Part shown: piece by piece, positions 49,624-59,825 of the stretch | Layout of the letters: each line of letters starts with the position of its first letter | How positions within the stretch are numbered: position 1 is the first letter of the stretch | Source: a virus | DNA length: 64,000 nt | Virus record (IMG/VR): IMGVR_UViG_3300028844_004984 | Strand: one strand, 5' to 3' | The notes under the pieces: generated by a model | The model's database searches: none | What the model was told of the DNA's origin: nothing | The model's input: only the letters and a program-made list of their open reading frames with translations | Translations under genes and position numbers: made by a program

Positions 49624-50619
49624 ATGGCACAATTATTTACAGAAAGAATCGCATTTAAACCATTTGAATACCCAACCTACTACACCGAAGGGTGGTTGAA
49701 ACAAGCACAAGCATTTTGGTTACATACAGAAATCCCAATGCAGGGTGATTTAAAAGATTGGAATGAAAATCTAAATGAATCAGAAAAGAACTTGGTTGGT
49801 AATATCCTATTGGGGTTTGCACAAACTGAATGTGCCGTATCTGATTATTGGACAACAATGGTGACCAAATGGTTTCCTAAGCATGAAATCAAACAAATGG
49901 CGATGATGTTTGGTTCACAAGAAACAATACACGCCACAGCTTACTCATATCTAAACGAATCATTGGGTTTAGAAGATTTTGAGGCTTTCCTACACGAACC
50001 TGCAATTGCAGAAAAATTTGAATTCCTAACCGCTACTTCGGCAGATTGGACTCACGAGGATTTACAGAAAAATCCTATTGCGAGAAAAGAAGTAGCCCGT
50101 TCATTAGCGATATTCTCAGCATTTGCAGAAGGTGTATCTCTATATAGTAGTTTTGCAGTCCTGTATTCCTTTCAGATGAGAAATCTTCTGAAAGGAATCG
50201 GGCAGCAAATGAAATGGAGTGTAAGAGATGAATCGTTACATTCCAAAATGGGGTGTGAATTATTCAGAGAAATGTGTAATGAATATCCTGAACTTCACAG
50301 TGAAGTTAAAGATGATGTTCATCAGGCAGCAACATATATGGTAGAAATGGAACATAAGTTCATTGATATGATATTTGAAATGGGTGATTTAGAGAATCTC
50401 AAATCTAAAGACCTAAAAAACTTTATCTCAAAGCGGGGAAATGAAAAGTTAAAAGAATTGGGATACGATACAACCTTTGAGTACAACAAAAAATCAGCAG
50501 AAGAGTTAGATTGGTTCTATCATCTTACTGGTGGTACTACACATACTGACTTCTTCGCAGTAAGACCTACTGATTACTCTAAGGCGAATGAAGGTGAAGA
50601 TTTTAATGATATTTGGTAA
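49624..50619 (+). CDS. nrdB: Ribonucleotide reductase class I beta subunit
   Basis: ETIHATAY (radical Tyr), EGVSLYSSF, RDESLH, DFFA. Confidence 0.95.
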   Translation: MAQLFTERIAFKPFEYPTYYTEGWLKQAQAFWLHTEIPMQGDLKDWNENLNESEKNLVGNILLGFAQTECAVSDYWTTMVTKWFPKHEIKQMAMMFGSQETIHATAYSYLNESLGLEDFEAFLHEPAIAEKFEFLTATSADWTHEDLQKNPIARKEVARSLAIFSAFAEGVSLYSSFAVLYSFQMRNLLKGIGQQMKWSVRDESLHSKMGCELFREMCNEYPELHSEVKDDVHQAATYMVEMEHKFIDMIFEMGDLENLKSKDLKNFISKRGNEKLKELGYDTTFEYNKKSAEELDWFYHLTGGTTHTDFFAVRPTDYSKANEGEDFNDIW

Positions 50620-50624
50620 AAGTT

Positions 50625-52397
50625 ATGAAGAATTATGGTGAAGAATTAGGTTGGGAAATCGGAGTAGATTTTCCCGATTGGGCGAATACGGAGATTTATG
50701 TTAAAACAATTTCAAAAGGATATCTTCTATCTGGCGAAACGCCTAAAGATGCTTATTGGAGGGTTTCAACAGCGGTCGCTAGAAGATTGGGTAGACCTCA
50801 GCTTGCTAGTAAGTTTTTTGATTATATTTGGCGTGGGTGGCTTAATTTGGCTACTCCTGTACTTTCTAATACGGGTACTGATAGGGGGTTGCCGATATCT
50901 TGCTTCGGAATTGATGTCGGTGATTCGATTCAAGAGATAGGTAGTAAGAATTTAGAAATGATGCTATTGGCTAAGCACGGCGGTGGTGTTGGTATTGGTA
51001 TCAACCAAATCAGACCGGCTGGTAGTAGAATCACTCAGAATGGTACATCCGATGGGGTTGTTCCATTCACTAAAATCTACGATTCAACAATCCTTGCTAC
51101 AAATCAAGGTTCAGTTCGTAGGGGGGCTGCATCGGTTAATCTAAACATTGAGCATGATGATTTTGATGAGTGGATTGAGATTCGTGAACCAAAGGGAGAT
51201 GTAAACCGACAGTGTTTGAACCTACATCAATGTGTGGTAGTGGGTGATAAGTTTATGAGAAGGCTCGAAGAGGGTGATGGAGAAGCAAGACGTAGATGGG
51301 GTAAGGTACTTCAGAAGAGAAAAGCAACTGGAGAACCATATGTTATGTACAAAGGTAATGTGAATAAACAAAATCCTGAAGCATACAAACAGAATGGGTT
51401 GAAGGTGTTTATGACTAATATTTGTTCAGAAATCACACTTCATACAGATGAATCACATTCGTTCGTATGTTGCCTATCATCGCTGAACCTATCAAAATAT
51501 GATGAGTGGAAGAATACCGACCTCATCTACACAGCAACTTGGTTTTTGGATGGTGTACTCGAAGAGTTCATTCAGAGAGCAAAGAATATGAGAGGATTTG
51601 AGAACTCAGTTCGTTCAGCAGAGAAAGGTAGAGCACTTGGATTGGGTACATTGGGATGGCACACATATCTACAAAAGAATGGTATCCCATTCGATTCTCT
51701 AACTGCTCAGTTTGAAACTCGTAAGATATTCTCACAAATGAAGATTGAATCTGAGAGAGCGAGTAGAGATTTGGCTGAAGAGTATGGTGAACCACTATGG
51801 TGTGTTGGAACTGGATTCAGAAACACTCACCTACGTGCCGTAGCACCAACTGTATCAAACTCTAAGTTAGCGGGTAATGTATCACCAGGCATTGAACCTT
51901 GGGCAGCAAACGTATTCACCGAACAGACAGCTAAAGGTACTTTCATCAGAAAGAACAAAGAGTTGGAGCGGGTTTTGAGAAAAGTAGGTATCAACAACAA
52001 AGAAACTTGGGATAAGATTCTATCCGATGGTGGTTCAATACAAGATATCGAAGCATTGGATGGTTGGGTATATTGTGATGGTAGAGTGATGAAAGAATCA
52101 GAATGTAGTACTGATAGGGATATTGATAAAGTAAAGAATGTTTTCAAAACGTTCAAAGAAATCAATCAGTTAGAGTTGGTAAGGCAAGCTGGAGTAAGAC
52201 AGCAATACATCGACCAATCAGTATCACTTAATCTAGCATTCCCATCTGAGGCAACACCTAAGTGGTTGAATCAGGTACATATGGAAGCATGGAAGCAGGG
52301 TGTTAAAACACTATACTACACCAGAACCGAATCGGTGTTGAGAGGGGATATCGCAGCACAGGCGATGGATCCTGACTGTTTGTCGTGTGATGGATAA
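50625..52397 (+). CDS. nrdA: Ribonucleotide reductase class I alpha subunit (no ATP cone)
   Basis: PISCF, GGGVG, RRGA, TNICSEI, VCCLSS, APTVS, IDQSVS, KTLYY, C-terminal CLSCDG. Confidence 0.95.
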   Translation: MKNYGEELGWEIGVDFPDWANTEIYVKTISKGYLLSGETPKDAYWRVSTAVARRLGRPQLASKFFDYIWRGWLNLATPVLSNTGTDRGLPISCFGIDVGDSIQEIGSKNLEMMLLAKHGGGVGIGINQIRPAGSRITQNGTSDGVVPFTKIYDSTILATNQGSVRRGAASVNLNIEHDDFDEWIEIREPKGDVNRQCLNLHQCVVVGDKFMRRLEEGDGEARRRWGKVLQKRKATGEPYVMYKGNVNKQNPEAYKQNGLKVFMTNICSEITLHTDESHSFVCCLSSLNLSKYDEWKNTDLIYTATWFLDGVLEEFIQRAKNMRGFENSVRSAEKGRALGLGTLGWHTYLQKNGIPFDSLTAQFETRKIFSQMKIESERASRDLAEEYGEPLWCVGTGFRNTHLRAVAPTVSNSKLAGNVSPGIEPWAANVFTEQTAKGTFIRKNKELERVLRKVGINNKETWDKILSDGGSIQDIEALDGWVYCDGRVMKESECSTDRDIDKVKNVFKTFKEINQLELVRQAGVRQQYIDQSVSLNLAFPSEATPKWLNQVHMEAWKQGVKTLYYTRTESVLRGDIAAQAMDPDCLSCDG

Positions 52398-52418
52398 TAA
52401 ATTAATCGGAGTAACAAA

Positions 52419-52658
52419 ATGAAGTATTTGTATTTTTCAGCACAATGGTGCGGCCCTTGTAAAAGCTTGGGGCCAATTATGAACGAAGTATCAACACATA
52501 TACCCGTTCAAAAAATAGATGTAGATAAAGACTACGAAATGGCACAAAAGTATGGTGTCAGAAATGTCCCAACGGTTGTGTTGGTCAATGGTGATTCAGA
52601 AATCACTCGTATTATAGGTTCACATTCAAAGCAAAGATATTTGGATGCTATCAAATAA
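52419..52658 (+). CDS. trxA: Thioredoxin
   Basis: WCGPC, VPT. Confidence 0.93.
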   Translation: MKYLYFSAQWCGPCKSLGPIMNEVSTHIPVQKIDVDKDYEMAQKYGVRNVPTVVLVNGDSEITRIIGSHSKQRYLDAIK

Positions 52659-52671
52659 TTTTGTATATTAG
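52640..52671 (+). promoter_or_regulatory. Bacteroidota-type promoter; likely leaderless transcript
   Basis: TTTG-N20-TATATTAG; ATG 5 nt downstream. Confidence 0.65.
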
Positions 52672-52676
52672 TAGTT

Positions 52677-53111
52677 ATGAAAGAAGTATTAAATAAACTA
52701 AAAGAGTTTCACTCAACGTATGGGCACCCAATCGAATTAGAGCCCACAGCTCAAACAGAAGAAATGGCTGAGTTGAGATACAAATTGGCAAAAGAAGAGT
52801 TAGATGAGTATTTGGAGGCAAATCAAAACGATGACCCTATTGAAATAGCAGATGCACTAGCTGACCAGTTGTATATTTTGTTGGGAACAATGTTGGTTCA
52901 CGGAATGCATGATGTTATCGAAGATGTGTTCAATGAAGTACATCGTTCCAATATGTCAAAGTTAGGTGAAGATGGTAACCCCATCTATCGTGATGACGGT
53001 AAGGTTATGAAAGGACCAAACTACACTAAACCAGAATTGGGTAGTATTATATCAAACGTTTGGAAAGAGAAACGAGCTCAGTTAAACATTCCGTTTAATG
53101 AGGAAGTTTAG
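52677..53111 (+). CDS. MazG-like (DR2231/PRA-PH type) dNTP pyrophosphohydrolase
   Basis: EELDEY, EIADALADQLY, EVHRSNMSK, DGKVMKG. Confidence 0.87.
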   Translation: MKEVLNKLKEFHSTYGHPIELEPTAQTEEMAELRYKLAKEELDEYLEANQNDDPIEIADALADQLYILLGTMLVHGMHDVIEDVFNEVHRSNMSKLGEDGNPIYRDDGKVMKGPNYTKPELGSIISNVWKEKRAQLNIPFNEEV

Positions 53112-53112
53112 G

Positions 53113-53316
53113 ATGGCCCTAAGAGGAGAATCCCACCCGGCACATAAACTTACTGAGGAGCAAGTAAACACTATCAGAAAACTATGGAAGATTGGGCATA
53201 GGAATGTTAGGGTTTTAGCAAGAAATCATAGCGTATCACCTGCGAATATTCGTAGAATTGTTAGGAATGAAACTTGGACACATTTGTTAGTGGGTGAGTT
53301 TGATAAATACCAATAA
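53113..53316 (+). CDS. Stand-alone HTH DNA-binding protein (HNH-endonuclease C-terminal type)
   Basis: GE.HPAHKLTEEQV..IR...LAR...VS...I..IV...TW. Confidence 0.65.
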   Translation: MALRGESHPAHKLTEEQVNTIRKLWKIGHRNVRVLARNHSVSPANIRRIVRNETWTHLLVGEFDKYQ

Positions 53317-54074
53317 TGAAGGAAGAGGGAAAGAACTATTGTGATGTATCAAAATTATCAATCCGACCGATTTCTAAATCGGTAGCAAAGGGTATCATTA
53401 TCAACAATCATTATAGTGGGTTGTGGACAAAGGTATCATACGCATTGGGTTTGTTCGTTGAGGATGGTTCACATCAGTTTTTTGATTCTACAGATAAGTT
53501 GATTGGGGTTGCGTGTTATGGCGACCCCATTGGTAGATTGACTGGGCAATCCATATCGGAAACGTTAGATAGGACTGAGGTTTTAGAATTAGTTCGATTG
53601 TTCGTTTTTGATGGGTATGGTTCAAATATCGAAAGTTGGTTCTTATCACAAACATTTGATTGGCTGAGAACAAACGTTTCAAAGATAAAAGCACTCATAT
53701 CCTACTCAGACCCAAAAGAAGGGCACGCTGGGACAATCTATCAAGCAACAAATTGGATTTATCAAGGTAACAAACTTAGATTCAATGATAGTTGGAGTTT
53801 TAAGTTTGAAGAAGATGGAAGATGGATACATGGTAAAACCATATTTCCACAATACAGAACAAACGACCCTAAGAAGATACAAGAGCAGGTAAATAAACCT
53901 TTTTGGATTCGAAAAGAACCAAGAAAACATAGATACGTTTACATATTAGCTAGGGGCGGTGAGCGTAGGAAACTACTGAAGAATTTGAAACACCCAACAT
54001 TTCCATATCCAAAGGGAAGTGAAGATGTTGAGATGGAAGTACATAAATTACAACCAATTGAAAGAAACGGATAA
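53316..54074 (+). CDS. Mom-like GNAT-fold DNA modification protein, paralog 1
   Basis: HYS, LIGVACYG, LELVRL, NIESWFL, ISYSD..GHAGTIYQATNWIYQG, KHRYV. Confidence 0.8.
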   Translation: MKEEGKNYCDVSKLSIRPISKSVAKGIIINNHYSGLWTKVSYALGLFVEDGSHQFFDSTDKLIGVACYGDPIGRLTGQSISETLDRTEVLELVRLFVFDGYGSNIESWFLSQTFDWLRTNVSKIKALISYSDPKEGHAGTIYQATNWIYQGNKLRFNDSWSFKFEEDGRWIHGKTIFPQYRTNDPKKIQEQVNKPFWIRKEPRKHRYVYILARGGERRKLLKNLKHPTFPYPKGSEDVEMEVHKLQPIERNG

Positions 54075-54858
54075 AATATATTGTGATGTATCCAAAGTGC
54101 ATATAGCACCAATCGCCAAATCGATTGCTAAGGATATCATCGTAAAGAAACACTACACTCACGCGTGGACTGCGTGTAGATATGCATTGGGCATCTACTA
54201 TAAAACTGATGGTGATTCATTTCAGTTTGGAGATGATAAACTCATTGGTTGCGCAATATATGGATTCCCAGTTGGAGCAAGAGCAGCAACCTCTGTATGT
54301 GAGGGATTAACTAAGGATAACGCATTGGAGTTGACCAGATTGTACATCGATGATGGGTATGGTTCGAATATCGAATCATATGCGATGGGACAAACATTCA
54401 AATGGTTGAAAGAAAACGATAAGAACATTAAGTTGTTGATATCGTATGCCGATGCGGGACAGGAACACTTAGGTAAGATTTATCAGGCAACTAATTGGAT
54501 TTATCAAGGGTTATCAACCGACATCGCACTAATGCCAAACTATGGTATCTCACTAACGAAAGACCCGTACAATTGGATTCATAGTAGAACGGTATATTCA
54601 CTTTGGGGTAGTTCAAATTTAGACCACCTTAAAAACGAAATTGGTAAAGAGGGGCATAGTGAATTTTGGAGGAGAATGGAGCCACCAAAACACAGATACA
54701 TCCAACTATTACCACAAAACAAAAAAGAGAAGAAAGATTTGATTAAACGGTTGAAGCATGAAATCAAACCATATCCAAAGAATACGGATGATTTTAATAC
54801 AGAGGTTGTGAATCATAAAACAACTTATGTAGCTGAGAGTACCGAAAGTTTTTGGTGA
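54058..54858 (+). CDS. Mom-like GNAT-fold DNA modification protein, paralog 2 (probable TTG start)
   Basis: N-terminus LKETDKIYCDVSK aligns with paralog 1 MKEEGKNYCDVSK; LELTRL, ISYADAGQEHLGKIYQATNWIYQG, KHRYI. Confidence 0.8.
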   Translation: MKETDKIYCDVSKVHIAPIAKSIAKDIIVKKHYTHAWTACRYALGIYYKTDGDSFQFGDDKLIGCAIYGFPVGARAATSVCEGLTKDNALELTRLYIDDGYGSNIESYAMGQTFKWLKENDKNIKLLISYADAGQEHLGKIYQATNWIYQGLSTDIALMPNYGISLTKDPYNWIHSRTVYSLWGSSNLDHLKNEIGKEGHSEFWRRMEPPKHRYIQLLPQNKKEKKDLIKRLKHEIKPYPKNTDDFNTEVVNHKTTYVAESTESFW

Positions 54859-55349
54859 TGAATAAAGTGTTAGTTCTAAATTCAGATTACACCCCATTGA
54901 ACGTAACAAATATGCGGCGTGGATTCATTCTTGTGATGAAAGGCAAGGCTGAAATTGTAAAAGAGGATGTGAACAAAATTGTAACTACGATTGGAGAGTT
55001 CGCTAAACCAATAATCATACGATTACTCAATTATATCGGATATCGGAATATGGGTATAAAGGTAAATCGTAAACGGATTATGAAGCGTGATGGTTTTGAG
55101 TGTGGATATTGTGGTTCGAAAAAGAATCTTACAATCGACCATATCATTCCTAAATCTCGTGGTGGTGGTAACACTTGGGATAATTTGGTGACTTGTTGTA
55201 GTAGATGTAACACAATCAAAGATGATAGGACTCCCAAAGAAGCAGATATGGTATTGAGAGTTAAACCACATCAACCATCTATATTTTCATCGGTAATTTC
55301 AGATGAAGTGGAAACTGAGTGGATTTTGTACAAAAAAAGTTTCCAATAA
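54858..55349 (+). CDS. HNH endonuclease (McrA/HNH_5-like)
   Basis: RD...CGYCG..LTIDHIIPKSRGG..W.NLVTCC..CN..K. Confidence 0.9.
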   Translation: MNKVLVLNSDYTPLNVTNMRRGFILVMKGKAEIVKEDVNKIVTTIGEFAKPIIIRLLNYIGYRNMGIKVNRKRIMKRDGFECGYCGSKKNLTIDHIIPKSRGGGNTWDNLVTCCSRCNTIKDDRTPKEADMVLRVKPHQPSIFSSVISDEVETEWILYKKSFQ

Positions 55350-55350
55350 A

Positions 55351-55382
55351 TTTGGTAGATTGAAAAACATTCCTTATATTAG
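55351..55382 (+). promoter_or_regulatory. Bacteroidota-type promoter
   Basis: TTTG-N20-TATATTAG. Confidence 0.65.
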
Positions 55383-55412
55383 TAGTATAAGAGATAAAAT
55401 GTATGTACCCGT

Positions 55413-56546
55413 ATGAACTTTTGGGATAGTGTAGATTATAACAATGCTAGAAAGGTGTTGGTGATACCTAATATCACTAACTCTTCTAATATTGAAAAAG
55501 ATTCGTTTATTGATGTGATACATAATCATATCAAAGGACTGGAGAAGTATGGTGAGTACTATTGGCATGTTTTAGTACCAACTGGAAATGTTACGAAGAA
55601 ACTAAACTTACCAAATGTGAAACAACATCAGATTGATATTCCAGGTGATATGATGAACCAACGTTCGTTCCCATCTGATAAGTTGATGAAACTTCTAAAG
55701 GATATCGATTATGATGTAATCTATTCACACCTGCCCGATTGGCCTCAAGTCGGTAGATACAAAAACGATATCAACACTAAAATAGTTGGGTATTGCCATT
55801 GGTGGGAAATGAAGTCCTGTAATGGTGTAGACCGTAGACCTGGTAAAGCAAAGTGGTTGTGGTTACCCATCGAACTATTAGGTATATCTCAGATGGAAAC
55901 CTGTTACTTAAATACACAAGACCAGAAGAATAGGGTGTTGGAAGAGGCGAGAGAAACATTCAATGAAGAGTTTGTTCAGAAGTTGGATGATATTCTCACT
56001 GTTTGGAACTTAGGATTGGAAGAATCCAAAATAGTATCCGAACCAAAATCAGAAAAGGAAAAGGTGATTGTATTCAACCACCGAGCAGCTGCATACAAGG
56101 GGTATCCTAAGTTTATGGAGTTGATGGAAGAATATCGTAAACAGCGACAGGATTTCAAAGTTTGGATTCCGCAATTAAATGGTAAACCACCATATGGGTG
56201 GGTAGATACTACCAAAGTACCAAAGCATGAGTACTATAAGAGATTGCAGGATTGTACCGTCGGTGTACAGATGAGGCAAACGAATTATGGTTGGAGCGTG
56301 AGTGGTACTGATTGTATGATGAATGGAACTCCAATGATTTGGCAGGAATCCGATTGTTATCACGAAATCGACCCGAATGGTATGTTCTTCAAATACAAAA
56401 AAGAATTCTTTGAGTATTTGGATAAGATGTTAGATGATGAACCATTCCGAAAAGAGCAAGAGTTAAAATCAGTAGAGAGGGCAAACGAGCTATCTAAGAA
56501 TGAGGGTAAAATGCTTGGAGAACTACACAAAAAGTTGTATATTTAA
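55413..56546 (+). CDS. GT-B glycosyltransferase, candidate DNA glycosyltransferase
   Basis: DYDVIYSH, VFNHR..YKGY, EYY..L, GWSVSGTDCMMNGTP; located next to PolB. Confidence 0.75.
   Translation: MNFWDSVDYNNARKVLVIPNITNSSNIEKDSFIDVIHNHIKGLEKYGEYYWHVLVPTGNVTKKLNLPNVKQHQIDIPGDMMNQRSFPSDKLMKLLKDIDYDVIYSHLPDWPQVGRYKNDINTKIVGYCHWWEMKSCNGVDRRPGKAKWLWLPIELLGISQMETCYLNTQDQKNRVLEEARETFNEEFVQKLDDILTVWNLGLEESKIVSEPKSEKEKVIVFNHRAAAYKGYPKFMELMEEYRKQRQDFKVWIPQLNGKPPYGWVDTTKVPKHEYYKRLQDCTVGVQMRQTNYGWSVSGTDCMMNGTPMIWQESDCYHEIDPNGMFFKYKKEFFEYLDKMLDDEPFRKEQELKSVERANELSKNEGKMLGELHKKLYI
56514..56545 (+). promoter_or_regulatory. Bacteroidota-type promoter; likely leaderless transcript
   Basis: CTTG-N20-TATATTTA; ATG 4 nt downstream. 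Confidence 0.65.
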
Positions 56547-56549
56547 GGT

Positions 56550-59066
56550 ATGTATCAAAACGCTTATTACGAAAAAGAGGGTGGTATCATCCATTGCTGG
56601 GATGATGAAAAAGGTTACTTTACCAAAAAGTATCGTAACTATGGTTATGTTAGAGATGGTAATGGTTCTTACGAATCAATCTATGGGGAACGGTTGAAGA
56701 AGATTAACTTTTGGAAAAACGAAGATAATCTAAAACTTTATGAATCGGATGTAAATGAAATGACCCGTTTCTTAATCGATGAATATGGTGATTCAGACGA
56801 GGTATCCACTGGTCATACTGTACTAACCTTTGATATTGAGGTAGAGATGAATAGTGGACTGCCCGATACAGATAAAGCAGAGAATACTATGACTTCTGTA
56901 GCATTCCACGATTCAGCAACAAACGATTATTATGCTTATGTACTAAGTGAGGGTGAAGAGATAAACAAAACTATCAAAGGGGCTAAAGTCCGTTCCTTTC
57001 GTAGTGAAGAAGATATGTTGATAGCATTTGTAAATGCTTGGGAAGAGATTTCACCGACTATCATTACGGGATGGAACATTGACTTCTTTGATGTTACATA
57101 TTTGTACAATCGATTAAAGCGGGTACTTGGGACATCAACAGCAAATAGGCTATCCCCAATCAGAAAAGTACATTGGAACAAATATCGTAAACGTTACATC
57201 ATCGCAGGTGTATCTGCATTGGATTACATCGCATTATTTAAGAACTTTACATATACGGAATATCCCAACTATCGCTTGGATACTATCGCTAAATTAGAAT
57301 TAGGTAGAGGGAAGATTGAGTACGAAGGAAACTTAGACCAATTATTCAGAGATGATATTGAGAAGTTTGTTGAATATAACTTAGTTGATGTTGAGTTGGT
57401 GGTAGATATGGATAAGAAACTACAATTCATCGATTTGGCTAGAGCAATATGCCATGCGGGTCATGTGTTCTATGAAGATTTCTTATTCTCATCGAAATGG
57501 TTAGAGGGAGCAATTCTCACATTCCTTAGACGGAGTGGTAGGGTAGCTCCGAACAAACCACAGCGGATGTTTAAAAATGCTGATGGTTCTGATGGGGAAG
57601 GTAAGTTTATAGGTGCATATGTAAAACAACCAAAGCCCGGCCTTTACAAATGGGTATACGATTTGGATTTAACATCACTATACCCATCAATCATTATGAG
57701 TATCAATATCTCACCTGAAACTAAGATTGGTAAGGTGAAGAACTACTCCGCTGAAGAATCTATGAAGGGAAATATTGAATCATATTCTATTATAGATAAT
57801 AATGGTAGTGAATCAAAGCCCGTATCAAAAGAACACTTTACCAACTTTATTGAACAACAAAAGCTATCAATAGCATCAAATGGTGTGTTGTATTCACAGA
57901 ATAGGGTTGGTATCATACCTGAGATTCTTAACGTGTGGTTTGATAAGAGAGTAGAGTACAAAGACCTGATGAAAAAATATGGTAAAGAGGGTAATGATGA
58001 ACTTTATAAGTTCTACTCTCAGCGCCAGTTGGTACAAAAAATTATGTTGAATTCCCTTTACGGAGTATTGGGATTACCATCATTCAGATTCTACGATGTT
58101 GATAACGCAGAAGCAGTAACACTTACAGGTCAGACTGTAATTAAAACAACTGAGATGATTGCCAATCAATACTATAGTAAGAACATTGGTGAAACAAAAG
58201 ATTACAACATCTATGTTGATACTGATTCTGTATTCTATGAAGCAGCACCATTGGTAAAGGCTAGGAATCCTAATATTGATGTAACATCTGATAAAGAAAT
58301 GATTCCAGCTATTCTATCAGTTGCTAAAGAGGTTGAGGACCATATCAATAAAGTATATGATTCAATGGCATTGAAAATGTTCAATATTAATTCACATAGA
58401 TTTGATATTAAGCAAGAAACTATCGCTAAGGGTGGGTTTTGGGTATCTAAGAAAAGATACGCTCAATGGATTATCAACGATAACACTGTAGATTGTGATA
58501 AGTTGGATGTGAAAGGATTGGATGTGAAACGTTCATCATTCCCAACTTACTTCAAAGAAGTGATGAGTACTGTGTTGATGGATATCCTAAAGGATGAGAA
58601 CAAAGATAAAATTGATGAGTATATTCTTAGGAAGAAAGATGAGATGAAAACTACCAACTTTATCGATATAGCAAAGAATTCAGCAGTTAAAGGTATGAGT
58701 AAGTATACATTTAAGAATCAAGCACTGGGTGAGTTTATGAAAGGAACACCAGCGCATGTTAAAGCAGCACTTACTTACAATCAACTATTGAAATATTATA
58801 ATGCAGCATTTAAATTTGAACCAATGAAAGATGGTGATAAGATTAAGTGGGTGTATTTGAAACCTAATCCATTAGGATTAGACTCCGTTGGGTTGACGGG
58901 ATATAACGACCCGAAAGAGATTTTGGATTTGGTAGAACAGCATATAGATTATGAGCTAATTTGGACAAAAGAATTAGAGAATAAGTTAGATGATTTCTAC
59001 AAAGCAATGGGGTGGGAAAAGCCAAATCCGAATCTAGCAAAAGCATCACAATTTTTTGGATTTTAA
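56550..59066 (+). CDS. Family B DNA polymerase (T4 gp43-like)
   Basis: FDIE, GWNIDFFD, YNLVDV, DLTSLYPS, KIMLNSLYG, YVDTDS, KKRYA. Confidence 0.97.
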   Translation: MYQNAYYEKEGGIIHCWDDEKGYFTKKYRNYGYVRDGNGSYESIYGERLKKINFWKNEDNLKLYESDVNEMTRFLIDEYGDSDEVSTGHTVLTFDIEVEMNSGLPDTDKAENTMTSVAFHDSATNDYYAYVLSEGEEINKTIKGAKVRSFRSEEDMLIAFVNAWEEISPTIITGWNIDFFDVTYLYNRLKRVLGTSTANRLSPIRKVHWNKYRKRYIIAGVSALDYIALFKNFTYTEYPNYRLDTIAKLELGRGKIEYEGNLDQLFRDDIEKFVEYNLVDVELVVDMDKKLQFIDLARAICHAGHVFYEDFLFSSKWLEGAILTFLRRSGRVAPNKPQRMFKNADGSDGEGKFIGAYVKQPKPGLYKWVYDLDLTSLYPSIIMSINISPETKIGKVKNYSAEESMKGNIESYSIIDNNGSESKPVSKEHFTNFIEQQKLSIASNGVLYSQNRVGIIPEILNVWFDKRVEYKDLMKKYGKEGNDELYKFYSQRQLVQKIMLNSLYGVLGLPSFRFYDVDNAEAVTLTGQTVIKTTEMIANQYYSKNIGETKDYNIYVDTDSVFYEAAPLVKARNPNIDVTSDKEMIPAILSVAKEVEDHINKVYDSMALKMFNINSHRFDIKQETIAKGGFWVSKKRYAQWIINDNTVDCDKLDVKGLDVKRSSFPTYFKEVMSTVLMDILKDENKDKIDEYILRKKDEMKTTNFIDIAKNSAVKGMSKYTFKNQALGEFMKGTPAHVKAALTYNQLLKYYNAAFKFEPMKDGDKIKWVYLKPNPLGLDSVGLTGYNDPKEILDLVEQHIDYELIWTKELENKLDDFYKAMGWEKPNPNLAKASQFFGF

Positions 59067-59098
59067 TTTGGATATTCCAAAATAAATTCGTATATTTA
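59067..59098 (+). promoter_or_regulatory. Bacteroidota-type promoter
   Basis: TTTG-N20-TATATTTA. Confidence 0.7.
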
Positions 59099-59129
59099 AG
59101 ACCAATAAACAATAAATAATTAATTTCAT

Positions 59130-59825
59130 ATGAAAAAAGCAAGTATTGAAAGTTTCATTAACCGATACAATCTCGGTGGTGAAGTAGAATCGGTAAAGAT
59201 TACATCTACTGATTCGGAGATGAAGGTAAGTTTTATCTCAGATGATAAAACTTTGTTAGGAGAGGTAACCTCTAAAGAGGGTGATTTTCCCAATGGTGAG
59301 TTTGGTGTTTACACAACTTCTCAGTTAAAAGCACTTTTGGGTGTATTAGAATCTAATGTGGAGGTTGACTCTACTGAATCTTACATCAAGTTTTCAGATA
59401 AGGGTACATCGGTTAATTATATGCTGGCAGACCTTTCTGTGATTCCAGTTGTTCCTGATTTGAAGCAAGTACCACCTTTCAACTCAGAAGTTACTTTGAA
59501 CGATGAGTTTACATCTAAGTTTATCAAATCAAAAGGAGCGCTGAGTGAATCAGATACATTTACATTTAGTTGTATTGGTGATAAGGGTGAGGTTGTTTTA
59601 GGATATTCCACAATTAACACTAACCGAATCTCAATCTCAGTAGAATGTAAGTGTGATGGGGATGTACAACCAATCTCATTTTCAGCTAAGTATCTGAAAG
59701 AAATCCTAAATGCTAACAGAGCCTCTAAATCTGCTACATTAAAAATTTCATCGCAGGGGCTTTCTTACATTGAATTTGAAACAGATACCATCACATCAAA
59801 ATACTATTTGGTAGAGATTAAATAA
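59130..59825 (+). CDS. Sliding clamp (T4 gp45-like)
   Basis: Size, FGVY...L..LL, FSAKYL, LKISSQG, YYLV; between PolB and clamp loader. Confidence 0.8.
   Translation: MKKASIESFINRYNLGGEVESVKITSTDSEMKVSFISDDKTLLGEVTSKEGDFPNGEFGVYTTSQLKALLGVLESNVEVDSTESYIKFSDKGTSVNYMLADLSVIPVVPDLKQVPPFNSEVTLNDEFTSKFIKSKGALSESDTFTFSCIGDKGEVVLGYSTINTNRISISVECKCDGDVQPISFSAKYLKEILNANRASKSATLKISSQGLSYIEFETDTITSKYYLVEIK

Noticed and set aside
54019-54057. ORF-track start for Mom paralog 2
   Set aside because: Alignment with paralog 1 places the N-terminus at TTG 54058; the upstream extension merely overlaps paralog 1.
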